Of a DNA stretch of 64,000 nucleotides, positions 40,210 to 53,713 are shown one piece after another. Source of the DNA: Mobula hypostoma (lineage: Eukaryota); assembly GCF_963921235.1 (NCBI RefSeq), contig NC_086108.1, positions 17,484,001-17,548,000 on the forward strand. Direction: 5' to 3'. The notes below the pieces were generated by a model. It did no database searches. It saw only the letters and a program-made list of their open reading frames with translations, and was not told the DNA's origin. A program made the position numbers and the translations under genes. The stretch's first letter is position 1; each line of letters begins with the position of its first letter.

Positions 40210-41220
40210 GGAAGGACACTGCACAGGATTGTAAAGAGCTGCAGAAAGTTATAAACTCAGCCAGTTCCATCATGGGCACTAACCTTCCCAACAGTGAGGA
40301 CACCTTTAAAATGTGATGCCTCAAAAAGGTGGCATCCACCATTAAGGACCCCCATTTCATTCAACTATCAAGGGGAGATGCAAGAACCTGAAGACACACA
40401 GTCAACATTTCAGGAACAGCTTCTTCCCCTCTGCCATCAGATTTCTGAACGGACAATGAACACATGAACACTTCCTCAGTACTTCCCCCCTCTCTTTTCG
40501 CACGACTTAATAAATTAATTTTTATATATATTTCTTATTGTAATTTATTTTTATTATGTATGGTAATGTACTGCTGCTGCAAAACAAATTCCATCACATA
40601 GTAATATGTGATATTAAACCTGATCTGATTCTACTACCTCGAGATTCATTTTCTTGTAGGCATTTACAGGAAAAATAAAGAAATACAACAAAATCCAGAA
40701 GAAAACTATATGTAAACGAAGACTGACAAACAACAAACGTGCAAAAGACAAACTGTGCAAATAAAAAAGTAATGCTGAGAACATGAGTTGTAAAGGAGTT
40801 CTTGAAAGTGAGTGCGTAGGTCGTAGAATCAGTTCAGAGTTGTGGTCAGTGAAGGTATCCATGAGATTCAGAAGCCTGAAGGCAGTATGTTAATAACTGT
40901 TCCTGAATTTGGTGGTGAGGCACCCAAGGCTTCTGTACCTCCTGGCCATTAGTGAGAAGAGAGCATGGTTTTGATGATACGGATCTTTGATAATGGATGC
41001 TGCTTTCTTGTACTCAATGGTGGGGAGGGCTTTGACTGTGATAGATTGGACTTGTGCCAACACTTTCTGCAGTTTTTTTTCCATTTCTGGGCTTTGGTGT
41101 TTTCATACCAGGCCATGATGCAACCAGTGCAAGGTACTCCACTATACAAATTTGTCTAAGTTTTTGGTGACATACTGAATCTACACAAAATAGAATCTAA
41201 GAAAGTGGAGGCGCTGTCAT
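40210..41220. mobile_element. Two Rex1/Babar-like fragments tail-to-tail (plus about 40210-40630, minus about 40635-41220)
   Basis: KKAASIIKDP..HALFSL..RRYRSL..TTKFRNS motifs on both strands. Confidence 0.7.
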
Positions 41221-42250
41221 GTCCTCTTTGTGATGTCATTTGCGTGCTGCTTCCATATATACATTTTCTTCCCTTTTTCAACTAAATTTGTAACATCTTC
41301 CATCACCCTAAGTTTCCTAACATTGCCATCCTTGTCTTTCACCCTCACGAAAAAAAATTTCGTGCCAATTCTGACTAATTGGCTTTTATACGACTCCAAC
41401 ATCACAGTTTCTACCAATCTATTTCCCTCAGCACACGAATCTGCCATTTAGCATATACTGCTCTTGCCACAGGCCTATCTCTTCTTTACAAGTATATCTG
41501 AAGCATAGTCACGGCTAGTAGGACTGCTACCCCACAGCTCCAGTGATTCAGATTCATTCCTGACCTCCAGCGCTGTCTGTGAGGCGTTTGCATGAATCCC
41601 CTGTGACCAGGTGGGTTTCCTTCCACATTCCAAAGACATGCTGGTTGGTAGGTTAGTTGCCCTCAGTGTGTAGGTGAGGGTGGAGACGGGGTGGGGGGAA
41701 GCATTGAGGGGAATGTGTATAAAATAAATCAATGGGGTTAGTATAGAATTAGGGTAAAAAAGGGTGCTCGGAGGTCAGTTTGGGTATATTTACATGCTCT
41801 GTATAATTCAGTGCCTAAGTATATAGAATTTCTTTTGAAAGGTAATATTAAATCTGTTAACAATGCACTCCCAGACCGTGGATTCCTGAATATTTCTCAA
41901 CATAGAAAGAAAAATATTTTTGCATTTCTGTCACTCCAAAGATTAAGCAGTTTGTTTGGCCAGTGCCTCAAACCTTTGCCCTCCCTGTCCTCCACCTCAG
42001 CCTTGCAGTCATCTACCTGCGTAACAAGCCCATAGTTTCACCTGAACCCACCGTTATGTGGATGGGAATGTTGTTCAAGAGCTGAAAAGAGCAGAGCTAA
42101 GTATATTCCACACTGCAAATCACAATAATTTATTCCAGCTCTCAAAAAAGAACCAAATGATGAACAAAAATATTGTAGTTTTAAGTTAACCATGTTGCCA
42201 TTAAAAACCACATTTCCCTGTAACTACAACACTTTATTCTGCATTCTTTT

Positions 42251-42908
42251 TGTGTTGCCCTTAAGGCATTTATTTGACTTTCTTGGGTCTACGTTTTAAA
42301 TGACTTGTTTGAAACTATTTTCTAGTTAAAGTTGAAGGTTGATAATTAAGTTAGAGGTAAATTCATTGTCTATGGTATACCACGGCATGTGATGACGTCA
42401 CCTCCGTTTCGCCACGTCTTATGGTAACTTCCGGTTCGGAGAAGGTGTGAAGGTGGGTGGTATGCGTGCAGCGTGTTCGTGAAGAGCTCCGTTTCTACCC
42501 ACAAAGAAACATTATAGAAGCAACGCCGTAAGTTCATATGAAAGTATTTGAAGTAAAAATATTAATGCGGTTTCTGTTAAGGAAGCAGCGGTTCGGGCTG
42601 GCGTGCGTGCCAGCTTTTCAATTTCAAACGCGGGGTGGGCTCGAGCCCGGCGGTGGTTTGACGCGACGCCCTCGCCCGCTACTCAGGGCGGCTGGAGACA
42701 CTCGCTAAAAGAAAAGAGTGCGTGTGGTCTCCAGAATGAAACAGACACTGTATATGTTTGTATTTTTTATCAACAGTTTTCACCATATGACATTAATGTG
42801 GAAGAGTGAACAGTAAACAGTTAACCTGCCTACGACTCTGTCTTCATTGGCTCTGGTTTAACTTGGTGTTTAGTCAAGAGTTTCAACACAGTGCACGAGA
42901 ACACTACA
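42251..42908. mobile_element. Solo LTR (658 bp) with 5-bp TSD CTTTT, CpG-rich
   Basis: Starts TGT and ends ACA. CTTTT occurs at 42246-42250 and 42909-42913. It interrupts a Rex-like tail that rejoins across it. Confidence 0.75.
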
Positions 42909-45304
42909 CTTTTAGTTTTCCTAGGCACTACCTCAATCATTGTTGTAATAAAACCTGTATGGATGGCGTGCAAAAACAAAGTTGTTTTTTAAAAATGTAC
43001 CATGATAATAAACCAATTTAAAAATACCCGCGTTCTCCATCAAAACCCACTGAAATGTTGAACACCTCCAGTAAATGCCTCCTTAACCTGTTCTGCTTCT
43101 CATTCATAGTGTTGTAAATCATGGAAGCAGGTCACCAGCCCACTACGTTTAAACTTACCAATATGTACCCATCCTTATCAATCCCACTTGTAGCACTTGA
43201 CCATAGCCTTTTATGGCTGGGTGATTTAAGAGCTCCTCTAGACACTTCTTAAATGCTGTCAGCAACTTTACTTTCACCACTCTCTCAGGCAATGCCTTCA
43301 AGGTACTCACCACCTTTTGGGTGAGAAAGGCCCCTCCAAATCTCTTGCTCGTCATATTAATCTGTTATTCACCTCTGATACTGGAAACAGTACTGCACTC
43401 TACCCTATCTATGGGATGTATGGAGTACCTAGGTGGAAATAGCACCTCTGGTAAAGGGGATTGTCGTCTTCATTCCAGGGCAAATCACTCAGCTCTCACC
43501 TGTGGCTCCAAGTAGCTGTTTGCATGTCACAGCAGCCACACCCCAGTACCCTGCTTCAACAGGTGGGGTAGACCAACAAGGGTAGCTGGTGGCCTCATAC
43601 ACCACTGAGAGAGGCGCATGCCTGTCCTAGCATGCGAAGTCAGCTCCGGTGGCCTGGGTGAATGCGATCTGCAGTGAGATCCAGTGGCCTGGAAGGTGGT
43701 ACAGCAACACATCATGATGAGTGAAGGCCATGACAAGGCACAGAAGATATCATGATCATCCACTGCAACCAAGGGAAATCTCAGTTTGTAGCACCAGACC
43801 CGGACTTCTGAGGTTGAGAGAGTGGAACTGCCACAGTGCAACACCTTCTCCACTTTAAAAACTCTCCCACACAGGTTTCCTGCCCTAGTTGGACATGATG
43901 GACAACCACCACCCTATTTGCACTCCTGGTACTTTAATCATGTCCCCTCTTAACTTTCTCTGCTCCAGAGAGAACAGACGCAGCCTCTTCAGACTCAAGT
44001 TCAAATTTATTGTCATCTGACCATACATATATACAACCGAACAAAAGAATATTCCCCAGACCATGGTGTATTCACAACACATATATCACACACAGTAAAC
44101 AGCTCACTTTCCTAGTGACTTCATTGGTTGCGACAGTGAGCATAAGGGTCAGGACAACATGCTACATCTGTATAAAACTTTAATTAGGCTGCACTAGTGT
44201 GAGGTTCTGATTGCCACATTGCAGGAAGGAGGTAGAGCCTTTAGAAAGGTTTACCAGAATGCTGTCTCGATTAGAAGGTGTGTCTATAAGGAGGGGTTGT
44301 CCTCTCCTTATACTCTACACTGTGCCCAGGTCAGAGAATTTTCACTTCTAATCCTCTGCCTACTGTCTACCATCACTGCACAATCCCACCCCTGATTGCC
44401 TCCCAGCCAAGAGAAGAGCAAGAAGGCTCTTCCTCACTGAAGTGTATGATGCTCACCTTATATTCTTACGTAAATCTAGCATTTATAAACAACCAATAAA
44501 GAAAAGTTACAATTTTTTTAAACATGGGTGCAATAGTGGCTCAGCTGGTAGAGACGTTGCCTCGTAGCTTCAGAAACCCGGGTTTAACCCCAATGTCTGG
44601 TGCATTGGTGTGAAGTTTCTATGTGCTCCGTGACCGCATGTGTTCATGCCAATCAAGTTGCCTATCTGAGCTAGTCTCATCTGTCTGCACTTGGCCCTAA
44701 CTCCTTGAAATTTTTCTTGTCCAAATATCTTTCAGCATTGTTACTGTAGCTGCCCAGAAGAAGGCAATGGCAAAACCACTTCTATAGGAAAATTTGTGAA
44801 GAACAATCATGGTCATGATAACACCATGACCACCCACATCATACCACAACCACACAATGATGTTGACTGCAGCTGCCACTACTCTGTGTGAAAAATAAAC
44901 TCCCGCCAGGTAACATTTAAATGCTCCTTTCATCTTAAATCTTTACTCTTTGGGGAAAAAGAATATGCCTATCTAGCTTTCCACACCCTTCATGATTTTA
45001 TAAACCTCTATAAGGTCACCCCTCATCCTTCTGTACTGTAGGGAAAGCAAGCCAAGCCCATCGAATCTTAATAACTCAAGCTCTCTAGTCATGAAAATAT
45101 CCCTGTGATGGTGAGACCTATGCACCCGTAACCCTATTTCACAAATGCCCCACCCACATATCTAAAGTCCTTCATCCTACTGACATCTGGACGCCAATCA
45201 CAGTTGCTCCACTGATGAGCACCGCGGCAGCAGCCAAACCCCACTTGGGCAGGAAGGAGAACCCTGTACCACCACGACAGGTACTGTGCTCATCCACTCC
45301 CACT

Positions 45305-45905
45305 CCACAAGACCATAAGACATAGGAGCATAATGAGGCCATCTGGCCCATCGAATCTGCTCCACCATTCAATCATGGCTGGTCCTTTTCTCTTCTCTTC
45401 CTCAACCCCATTTCCTGGCCTTCTCCCTGTAAACCTTCGATGCCATGTTCAATCAAGAACCTATCAGTCTCTGCCTTAAATACACCGTATGACCTGGCCT
45501 CCAAAGCTGCATGTGGCAACAAGTTCCACAAACTTACCACCCTTTGGTTAAAGAAATTTCTCTGCATCTCTGTTTTGAAAGGGCACCCCTCTATCCTGAG
45601 GCTGCAGCCTCTTGTCCTAGACTCTCCCACCATGGGAAACATCCTTTTCACATCTACTCTGTCTAGGCCTTTCAACATTCGAAACGTTTCAATGAGATCC
45701 CCCCCTCATCCTTCTGAATTCCAGTGAGTATAGACCCAGAGCCATCAAATGTTTCTTGTATGATAACCCTTTCATTCCTGGAGTCATTCTTGTGAACCTC
45801 CTCTGGACCCTCTCCAATGCCAGCACATCTTTTCTAAGATGAGGGGCCCAAAACTGTTCAGAATACTCAAGGTGAGGTCTTACCAGTGCTTTATAAAGTC
45901 TCAGC
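45305..45905 (-). mobile_element. CR1 3' fragment
   Basis: LYKALVRPHLEYSEQFWAP and FFNQRVVSLWNLLP. Tail accataagacatagg. Confidence 0.88.
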
Positions 45906-46266
45906 ACCTCTCCTACAGCCATTTCCAGCAGATCTCTCACAGTGGGCGGACAGCTCCAGCGCTCCACCATGCAATCAGCTCTGCAGTGACAAGTGCCATG
46001 CTGTGCTGGGCTAAATGAGGGGGGTTGGGGAGGGGCCGATCGCCTGCAGTTAGTGAGCACTGCTATCGGCCACTCCAGGATGCTGTGTGCCTGCCAACTG
46101 CTTGCAGCTGGATCATTGTACTGGGGAAACAACCCGGGCTCAGTGTGAATGGGTTGTACCACTGTGGAGTATAATTTACAGCTCAGCACACCCTGCACAG
46201 ACCTCACTACACACTGATCTTTTTATTAAGAAATATATTGGACTCTGGCACAGAGACTGGGCCTGA

Positions 46267-49200
46267 GATTTTAATTTCCCAAATATTGATTGGCATCTCC
46301 CTAGAGGAAGGGGTTTAGATGGGGTGGAGTTTATTAGGTGTGTTCAGGAAGGTTTCTTGATACAATATATAGATAAGCCTACAAGAGGAGAGGCTGTACT
46401 TGATACGGTATTGGGAAATGAACCTAGTCAGGTGTCAGATCGCTCAGTGGGAGAGCATTTTGGAGATAGTGATCATAATTCTATTTCCTTTACAATAGCA
46501 TTGGAGAGAGATAGGAACAGACAAGTTAGAAAAGTGTTTAATTGGAGTAAGGGGAATTATGAGGCTATCAGGCAGGAAATTGGAAGCTTAAATTGGAAAC
46601 AGATGTTCTCAGGGAAAAGTATGGAAGAGATGTGGCAAATGTTCATGGGATATTTGTGTGGAGTTCTGTACCGGTACATTCCAATGAGACAGGGAAGTTA
46701 TGGTAGGGTACAGGAACTGTGGTGTACAAAGGCTGTAATAAATCTAGTCAAGAAGAAAAGAAAAGCTTACAAAAGGTTCAGAGAGCTAGATAATGTTAGA
46801 GATCAGAAGATTATAAGGCTAATAGGAAGGAGCTTAAGAAGGAAATTAGGAGAGCCAGAAGGGCCATGAGAAGACCTTGGCAGGCAGAATTAAAAAAAAC
46901 TCCAAGGCATTCTACAAGTATGTGAAGAGAAAGAAGATAAGATGTGAAAGAATAAGATCTATCAAGTGTGACAGTGGGAAAGTGCGTATGGAACCAGTGG
47001 AAATAGCAGAGGAACTTAATGAATACTTTACTTCAGTATTCACTGTGGTGATTGTAGTGATGACTTGCAGCAGACTGAAAAGCTTGAGCATGTAGATATT
47101 AAGAAAGAGGATGTGCTGGAGCTTTTGGAAAGCATCAAGTTGGATAAGTCGCCGGACCAGATGAGATGTACTCCAGGCTACTGTGGGAGGCGAGGGAGGA
47201 GATTGATGAGCCTCTGGCTATGATCTTTGCATCATCAATGGGGACAGGAGAGGTTCTGGAGGATTGGAGGGTTGCGGATGTTGTTCCTTTATTCAAGAAA
47301 GGGAGTAGAGATAGCCCAGGAAATTATAGACCAGTGAGTCTTACCTCAGTGGTTGGTAAGTTGATGGAGAAGATCCTAAGAGGCAGGATTTATGAACATT
47401 TGGAGAGGTATAATATGATTAGGAATAGTCAGCATAGCTTTGTCAGGGCAGGTCGTGCCTTACGAGCCTGATTGAATTTTTTGAGGATGTGACAAAACAC
47501 ATTGATGAAGGTAGAGCTGTAGATGTAGTGTATATGGATTTTAGCAAGGCATTTGAGAAGGTACCTCATGCAAGGCTTATTGAGAAAGTAAGGAGGCATG
47601 GGATCCAAGGGGACATTGCTTTGTGGATCCAGAACTGGCTTGCCCACAGAAAGCAAAGAGGGGTTGTAGACGGGTCATATTCTGCATGGAGGTCGGTCAC
47701 CAGTGGAGTGCCTCAGGGATCTGTTCTGGGATCCTTACTCTTTGTGATTTTTCTCCTGGATTAGGAAGTGGAAGGATGGGTTAGTAAGTTTGCTGATGAC
47801 ACAAAGGTTGGAGGTGTTGTGGATAGTGTGGAGGGCTGTCAGAGGTTATAGTGGGACATTGATAGGATACAAAACTGGGCTGAGAAGTGGCAGATGGAGT
47901 TCAACCCAGTGTGAGGTGGTTCATTTTGGTTGGTCAAATATGATGGCAGAATATAGTATTAATGGTAAGACTCTTGGCAGTGTGGAGGATCAGAGGGATC
48001 TTGGGGTACGAGTCCATAGGACACTCAAAGCAGCTGTGCAGATTGACTCTGTGGTTAAGAAGGCATACAGTGTATTGGCCTTCATCAATCGTGAAATTGA
48101 ATTTAGGAGCCGAGAGGTAATGTTGCAGCTATATAAGATAACCAGGAGAGGAGAAGATGGTGGCGCGATGTTGCGCGCAGCGGGCACTTTGGTGATGAAT
48201 ATCTGTTATTTGTCAAGTAGGGTGTCCTGCACAATCCTGATTTGATGGAGGCTGACGTGAGAGCACGGAGGAACATCTGGTGAAACTTCTGAGACACCTG
48301 TTTCGCCACCGCTGCTACTGTGTGACCCAGAATCTCTGGATGGGAAGGCCCCAAGTCTGCGGCTTTGCTTGTTGCTCGGTGGCCGGGGCGGGGTCGACGC
48401 GCTCGGTAGAGATGGTGCTCGGTGCTCAGTGTCAGAGGGCTGATCGGAGGCTCGAAGTTTTTGGACGGACTCAGAGTCGGCTGTGGTCAGGTGCTTCCAG
48501 GGTGCTGCATCAGCAAGTTTGCGGTGCTGGAGGTTCATGGCAGGGAGAGTTTCTCCCTTCTACCGTCTGCGTGAGATGATGGGCTATCGGGACTTTGAGA
48601 CTTTTGGGCACCATGGTCTGCTCTTTATCAAATTACGGTATTGCTTTGCACTGTTGTAACTATATGTTATAATTATGTGGTTTTTGTCAGTTTTAGTCTT
48701 CGTCTGTGTTTCTGTGATATCATACTGGAGGAACATTGTATCATTTCTTAATGCATACATTTCTAAATGACAATAAACGAGGACTGAATGTCCTTATAAT
48801 CTAATATAGGACTCTGGTCAGACCCCACTTGGAGTACTGTGCTCAGTTCTGGTCACCTCACTATAGGAAGGATGTGGAAGCCATAGAAAGGGTGCAGAGG
48901 AGATTTTCAAAGATGTTGCCTGGATTGGGGAGCATGTCTTATGAGAATAGGTTGAGTGAACTCGGCCTTTTCTCCTTGGAGCGACTGAGGATGAGAGGTG
49001 ACCTGATAGAGATGTATAAGATGATGGGAGGCATTGATCACGTGGATAGTCAGAGGCTTTTTCCCAGGGCTGAAATGGTTGTCACAAGAGGACACAGGTT
49101 TAAGGTGCTGGGGAGTAGGTACAGACAAGATGTCAGGGGTAACTTTTTCCTCTTTCAATATTTTTATTAGTTTCTACATATAAGAATACAGAGTACAAGA

Positions 49201-49503
49201 AGATATAAATTATAAATCAAAAGAAGATAAAGTAATACCAAATGTTAGAATCACACTTGCAATCACATTATCCTACATTCATGTATAGTTTTTTTACTCA
49301 GAGAGTGGTGAGTGCGTGGAATGGTCTGCCAGCAACGGTGGTGGAGGCGGATACGATAGGGTCTTTTATAAGACTTTTGGATGGGTACATGGAGCCTAGT
49401 AAAATAGAGGGCTATAGGTAAGCCTAGTAATTTCTAAGGTAGGGACATGTTTGGCACAACTTTGTGTGCATTGTGCTGTAGGTTTTCTATGTTCTATGTT
49501 CTA
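46267..49503 (+). mobile_element. Degraded CR1 LINE with insertions at about 48139-48804 and 49150-49288
   Basis: ORF pieces 46324-46869, 47166-47471, 47489-47764 and 48829-49170. Tail ttctatgttctatgttcta. Confidence 0.9.
48139..48804 (+). mobile_element. Non-autonomous GC-rich element (AAGATGG-type 5' end, LINE-like tail)
   Basis: Starts aggagaagatggtggcgcg and ends gacaataaacgagg...ataatcta. Near-TSD ATATAAGA / ATATAGGA, and the CR1 frame rejoins across it. Confidence 0.65.
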
Positions 49504-50511
49504 AGTTATGCAGCATGAGAAAAGGACCTTCAACACTGAGCGAACACTTCATCCATTTATGCGATATTGAAATATAGCACGGAATAGGCCCTTCCGGCCC
49601 TTTGAGCCACACCACCCAGCATAACCCTAGCTCAATCACAAGACAATTTACAATGACTAATTAACCTACCAACCAGTGCATCTTTGGACTGTGGGAAGAA
49701 ACCAGAGCACCTGGAGGAAACACACCTCTTCACAGGGATAAAAGTCAAACTCCTTACAATCAGTGCTGGGAATACACTAATTCTATGTGGGACATAAACA
49801 GTACAGCACATTTTGCCCACTATGTTTCTGCTGAACACAATACCAAATTAAACTAAATCCTTTCTGCCTGTACACCACAGATATCCCTCCAGGTCCTGCA
49901 TATTCATGTAACTACAGGTGTTTTGAACAAACACTATTTGTTTGCTTCGACCATTACCACTGGCACACACTGTGTACAACCTTGCCCTGCACATCTCCCT
50001 TATACTTTACCCTTCTAACTTTAAATGCATATCCTGTAGCAATTGATTTTTGTGTGCTGGGAAAAAGATTCTGACCATCTACCCTATCTATGCCTCTCAT
50101 CATTTTATAAACAAGTCTGCAATCATCTTCCCTCGGCCTCCAGTGCTTCAAACAAAAGAATTGAAGATTATCCAACCTTATAGCTCATACCCCCCAGGAT
50201 GGGCAGTAATCAAGTAAAATTCTTCTACACCATTTTCACATTTATCTATTGACGCTCATCAACTCCCCTTCAGATTCCACCACTCAGCTACATTCTATCT
50301 GACTATTTAGCTCCAGATTCTACCATTTAACTACGTTTCGTGACAATTTATCAAAGCCATTTAAGCTACCAACCCACACATCTTTGGGATGAGGGAGGAA
50401 ATCAGAGCACTTGACAGAAGCCACACAGTCAGAAGGAAAACATGCACACTCCATCAGAAAGAGGACTTAAGTTCAGAATTGAACTTGGGTCCTTGACACT
50501 GTGAGGATGAA

Positions 50512-51892
50512 TCAGAATCAGGTTTATTGTCACTGACACAAGTGGTGGAATCTGTTGTTTTGTGGCAGCAGTACAATGCAGGCATATCAAATTATGTTAA
50601 GTTAAAATGAAATAAATAGATAGTGCAAAAAAGGAATAGCACAGTAGTATTCATAGGTTTATAGAGTAATCAGAAATGTGATGAAGGAGGGAAAAAAGCT
50701 GATCTTAAAATATTGAGTGTGGGTCATAATGTTCCCAGACCTTCTCCCTGATGGTAGTAATGAGAAGAGGGCATATCCCAGATGATGAGGCTCCTTAATG
50801 ATGGATGCCACCTTCTTGAAGCATCACCTTTTCAAGATGGCCTCAATTTTGGAGAGGCTTGTGCCCATCATAGAGCTGGCTGCATTTACAAACCCATAGC
50901 AGCCTCTTACATTTGTCTACATTGGAGTCTCAATGCCAGAAGGTGAGGCAGCTAGTCAGAATGTTCTCCACAGTACATCTGTAGAAATTTGCTGATTCTT
51001 TCGTGACATACCAAATCTCAAGCTCCTAATGAATTAGAGTCACTGGTGTGCCTTCATCACGATGCATGAAAATGTTGGCCCCAGGATAGATCCTCTGAGA
51101 TGTTGACACCCTAGAACCTGAAGCTGCTCACTCTTTCAACAGCAAATCCCTCAACGAGGATTGGTGTGTGTTCACCTGCCTTCCACTTCCTGGCATCCAT
51201 AATGAATTCTTTGGTCTTGTTCATGTTGAATCCAAGGTGGTTGTGACACTACTCAACCAATCTATCTACTTCACTCCTGTATGCCTCTTCATCCCCATCT
51301 GAGATTCTGCCAACAGCAGCTATGTTAATTGCATACTTATAGATGGTGCTTGAGTGCCACACAGTCATGTGTGTAGAGAGAGTAGAATAATGGGCTAAGC
51401 ACGCATCACTGAGCTGGCAGCAAGATCACCTACCAAGAGCACTGCCACAGGAAAGAGGAATGCACCATCAAGGACTACCACCATCAAGGCCAAATTCTCT
51501 TCTCGCTGCTACCATCGTGAAGGAGGTATAAGAGGCTTAGGTCTCACACCTCCAGGTTCAGGAACAGTTATTATCGTTCAACCATCAGATTCCTGAACCA
51601 GTGTAGATAACTTTACACCATAACACTGAATTGGTCAACAAACACACCCTATGGACTCACTTTTAAAGACTCTACAGCTCTTGTTCACGGTATTTATTAT
51701 TTGGTTGTATTTTTGTAATTGCACAGTTTGTCTTATTTTGCACATTAGCTGCTTGTCAGTCTTTGTGTGTAATTTTTTCATTGATTCTATTGTATTTCCT
51801 TGTTCTACTTTGAAGGAGTGCAAGGATGTGAATCTCAGGGTAGTATTTGGTGACATATACATACTTCAATAATAAATTTACTTTGAACTTTA
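50512..51892. mobile_element. Rex1/Babar-like fragments (minus about 50512-51412, plus about 51420-51892)
   Basis: RT and C-terminal remnants. Tails aatcagaatcaggtttattg and aataaatttactttgaactt. Confidence 0.65.
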
Positions 51893-52039
51893 AGAAGGAG
51901 ATCCTACCATTTATCCATACTGACTGTGGTCCCCTGATGAGGATCTAATTGCAGTGGGAGGTACAGAGACCCAGGTTTTGAAGCTTGTTGATGGCTTCCA
52001 GCTGTGCCATCAACAATTTTACTAACGCAGACGCAATCC

Positions 52040-52225
52040 CTCCTATCATTTCTATCATTTCCTATCATTTTGGATCTCCCTCTCCACCTCCCACTTTCAA
52101 ATCTCTTTCTATCTCTTCTTTCAGTTAGTCCTGACGAAGGGTCTCACCCCGAAACGTCGACTGTACCTCTTCCTATAGATGCAGCCTGGCCTGCTGCGTT
52201 CACCAGTACTTTTTATGTGTGTTGC
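52040..52225 (+). mobile_element. Isolated Penelope 3' terminal fragment
   Basis: Close similarity to 35460-35623. Confidence 0.85.
52127..52162 (+). ncRNA. Minimal type I hammerhead ribozyme motif with intact core
   Basis: Stem I AGTC/GACT, core CTGACGA, stem II GGG/CCC, GAAA, palindromic ACGT stem III, GUC cleavage triplet (cut after 52158). Confidence 0.72.
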
Positions 52226-52849
52226 ACCAATTTTACTAAGGCAGTTCCCTACAATATACAGGAAACTTTGCTCCATCTTCCAAATGGAATTTGTTTTGTT
52301 CCAGAGGAGCAGTGTCAAGGAAGAAAGTGAAAGAGAATGAAAAATTTGCAACTAAAGGTGTTTTTACACTCACATAGTTCACAGATCAGTGCTCTGGAAC
52401 CAAACTGCTGGTGTATTTCAGCAAGACCTCTGCATTACAACCACAGAATGCTAGATAATACTTCCTTAACTTCTCTGACCAGCAGCTCACATTCCTCCAG
52501 GGCAGTATGTTCTCATTAAAATGCATGGAAACATGCATGTTAATTCCTCCAATTGCTTGAACTAACAATGCCTTGTGAGCATCCATTGCATCAATGTATC
52601 GGCTACTGGCTGTGGAGTCCAGTGTTCTATCACTAACAGTGTTTGGCTCCATCAAATGAACCCACAGAGGAACGACGAGACAAGCTGTGTGTCTCTGGAG
52701 GCTGTAACTTCTTGCAGAACCCAAAATAATCATCTTCAGAAAGTCACTGCTGAGAATCACTAAAATTACACAAACATCGATTCTGATTTTATACCGTAAT
52801 TGAGTTCTCTTCAAAGTCATGTCTTATCTCCAGGGAAACTTCCCCCCAT

Positions 52850-53310
52850 GTGCTCAATGTCATTTCCAGTACGCAAGTGTAAAGGAGAATGAAATAATTG
52901 TTACTCCAGATCCGATGCATATATAAAAAAGATAACGAACACTATAATATAAAATACAATAAATATAAATATACAAGATAATTACACATACATAGATTGA
53001 TTATATTTTCATAAAGTGACGCTAGGCACGGGAGTGTCTGTACATAAGGTGACTGACAGGAAATGATAAAATAGTGGTGGTTGGGGGCAAGGAGGGATAG
53101 GATGGAGAGTGGAGATATTGGTCAGCCTTACTGCTTGGAGAAAGTAACTGTTTTTGAGTCTGGTGGTCCTGGCGTGGATGCTACATAGTCTCCTCCTTGA
53201 TGGGGGTGGAACAACAATCCATGAGCAGGGTAAGTGAGATCCTTCTTGATTTTGCTGGCCTTTTTTCTGGCACCTTTCTGTATACATGTCCTTGATGCCA
53301 GGTAGGCTAG
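52850..53310 (-). mobile_element. Rex1/Babar-like 3' fragment
   Basis: PSRRRLCSIHARTTRLKNSYFLQAVRL motif in ORF 53009-53287. Confidence 0.65.
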
Positions 53311-53331
53311 AACAGTCCCTTCAACTCTTTC

Positions 53332-53713
53332 TCATCACACACTCCCAGGGTAGGGGTAGATGGGTTAAATACAGAGTAAAACTTCCTCTACACCAGTTCC
53401 CATCTTGCTTAATGTCATTGGTCCATGACACAAAACAGGTTGGGAAACCCTGCTCTACCCTACCCTTGTTTCATCACACATTCCCAGGGAATGAACACAT
53501 GGATTCGATACAGAGTAAAGCTCCTTCCACACTGTCCAATTACACCCTTTCAGAGCAGGGACAGATAGATTGCTCTACACTGTCCCATTTTCATCGCACA
53601 TTCCCAGGGCAAGAACAGATGGATTAGATACAGAACTAAGCTCCCTGTAAACTGTGCCATCACACACTCCCAGGGCAGGGACTGAGGGTTAGACACAGTA
53701 AAGTTCCTCTACA
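53332..53713. repeat. Degenerate copy of the about 60-bp satellite, inverted relative to 5690-6282
   Basis: catcacacactcccaggg...acagagtaaagctcc.tctacactgtccc units. Confidence 0.75.

Noticed and set aside
42306..42888. Alternative LTR ends TGTTTGAAACT...AGTTTCAACA
   Set aside because: No TSD. The 42251-42908 boundaries give a perfect 5-bp TSD and restore the flanking repeat.
43410..43890. Possible RTE-type 5' UTR element, with a BovB-like tail near 44750-44860
   Set aside because: No coding evidence or TSD, so the family cannot be supported by eye.
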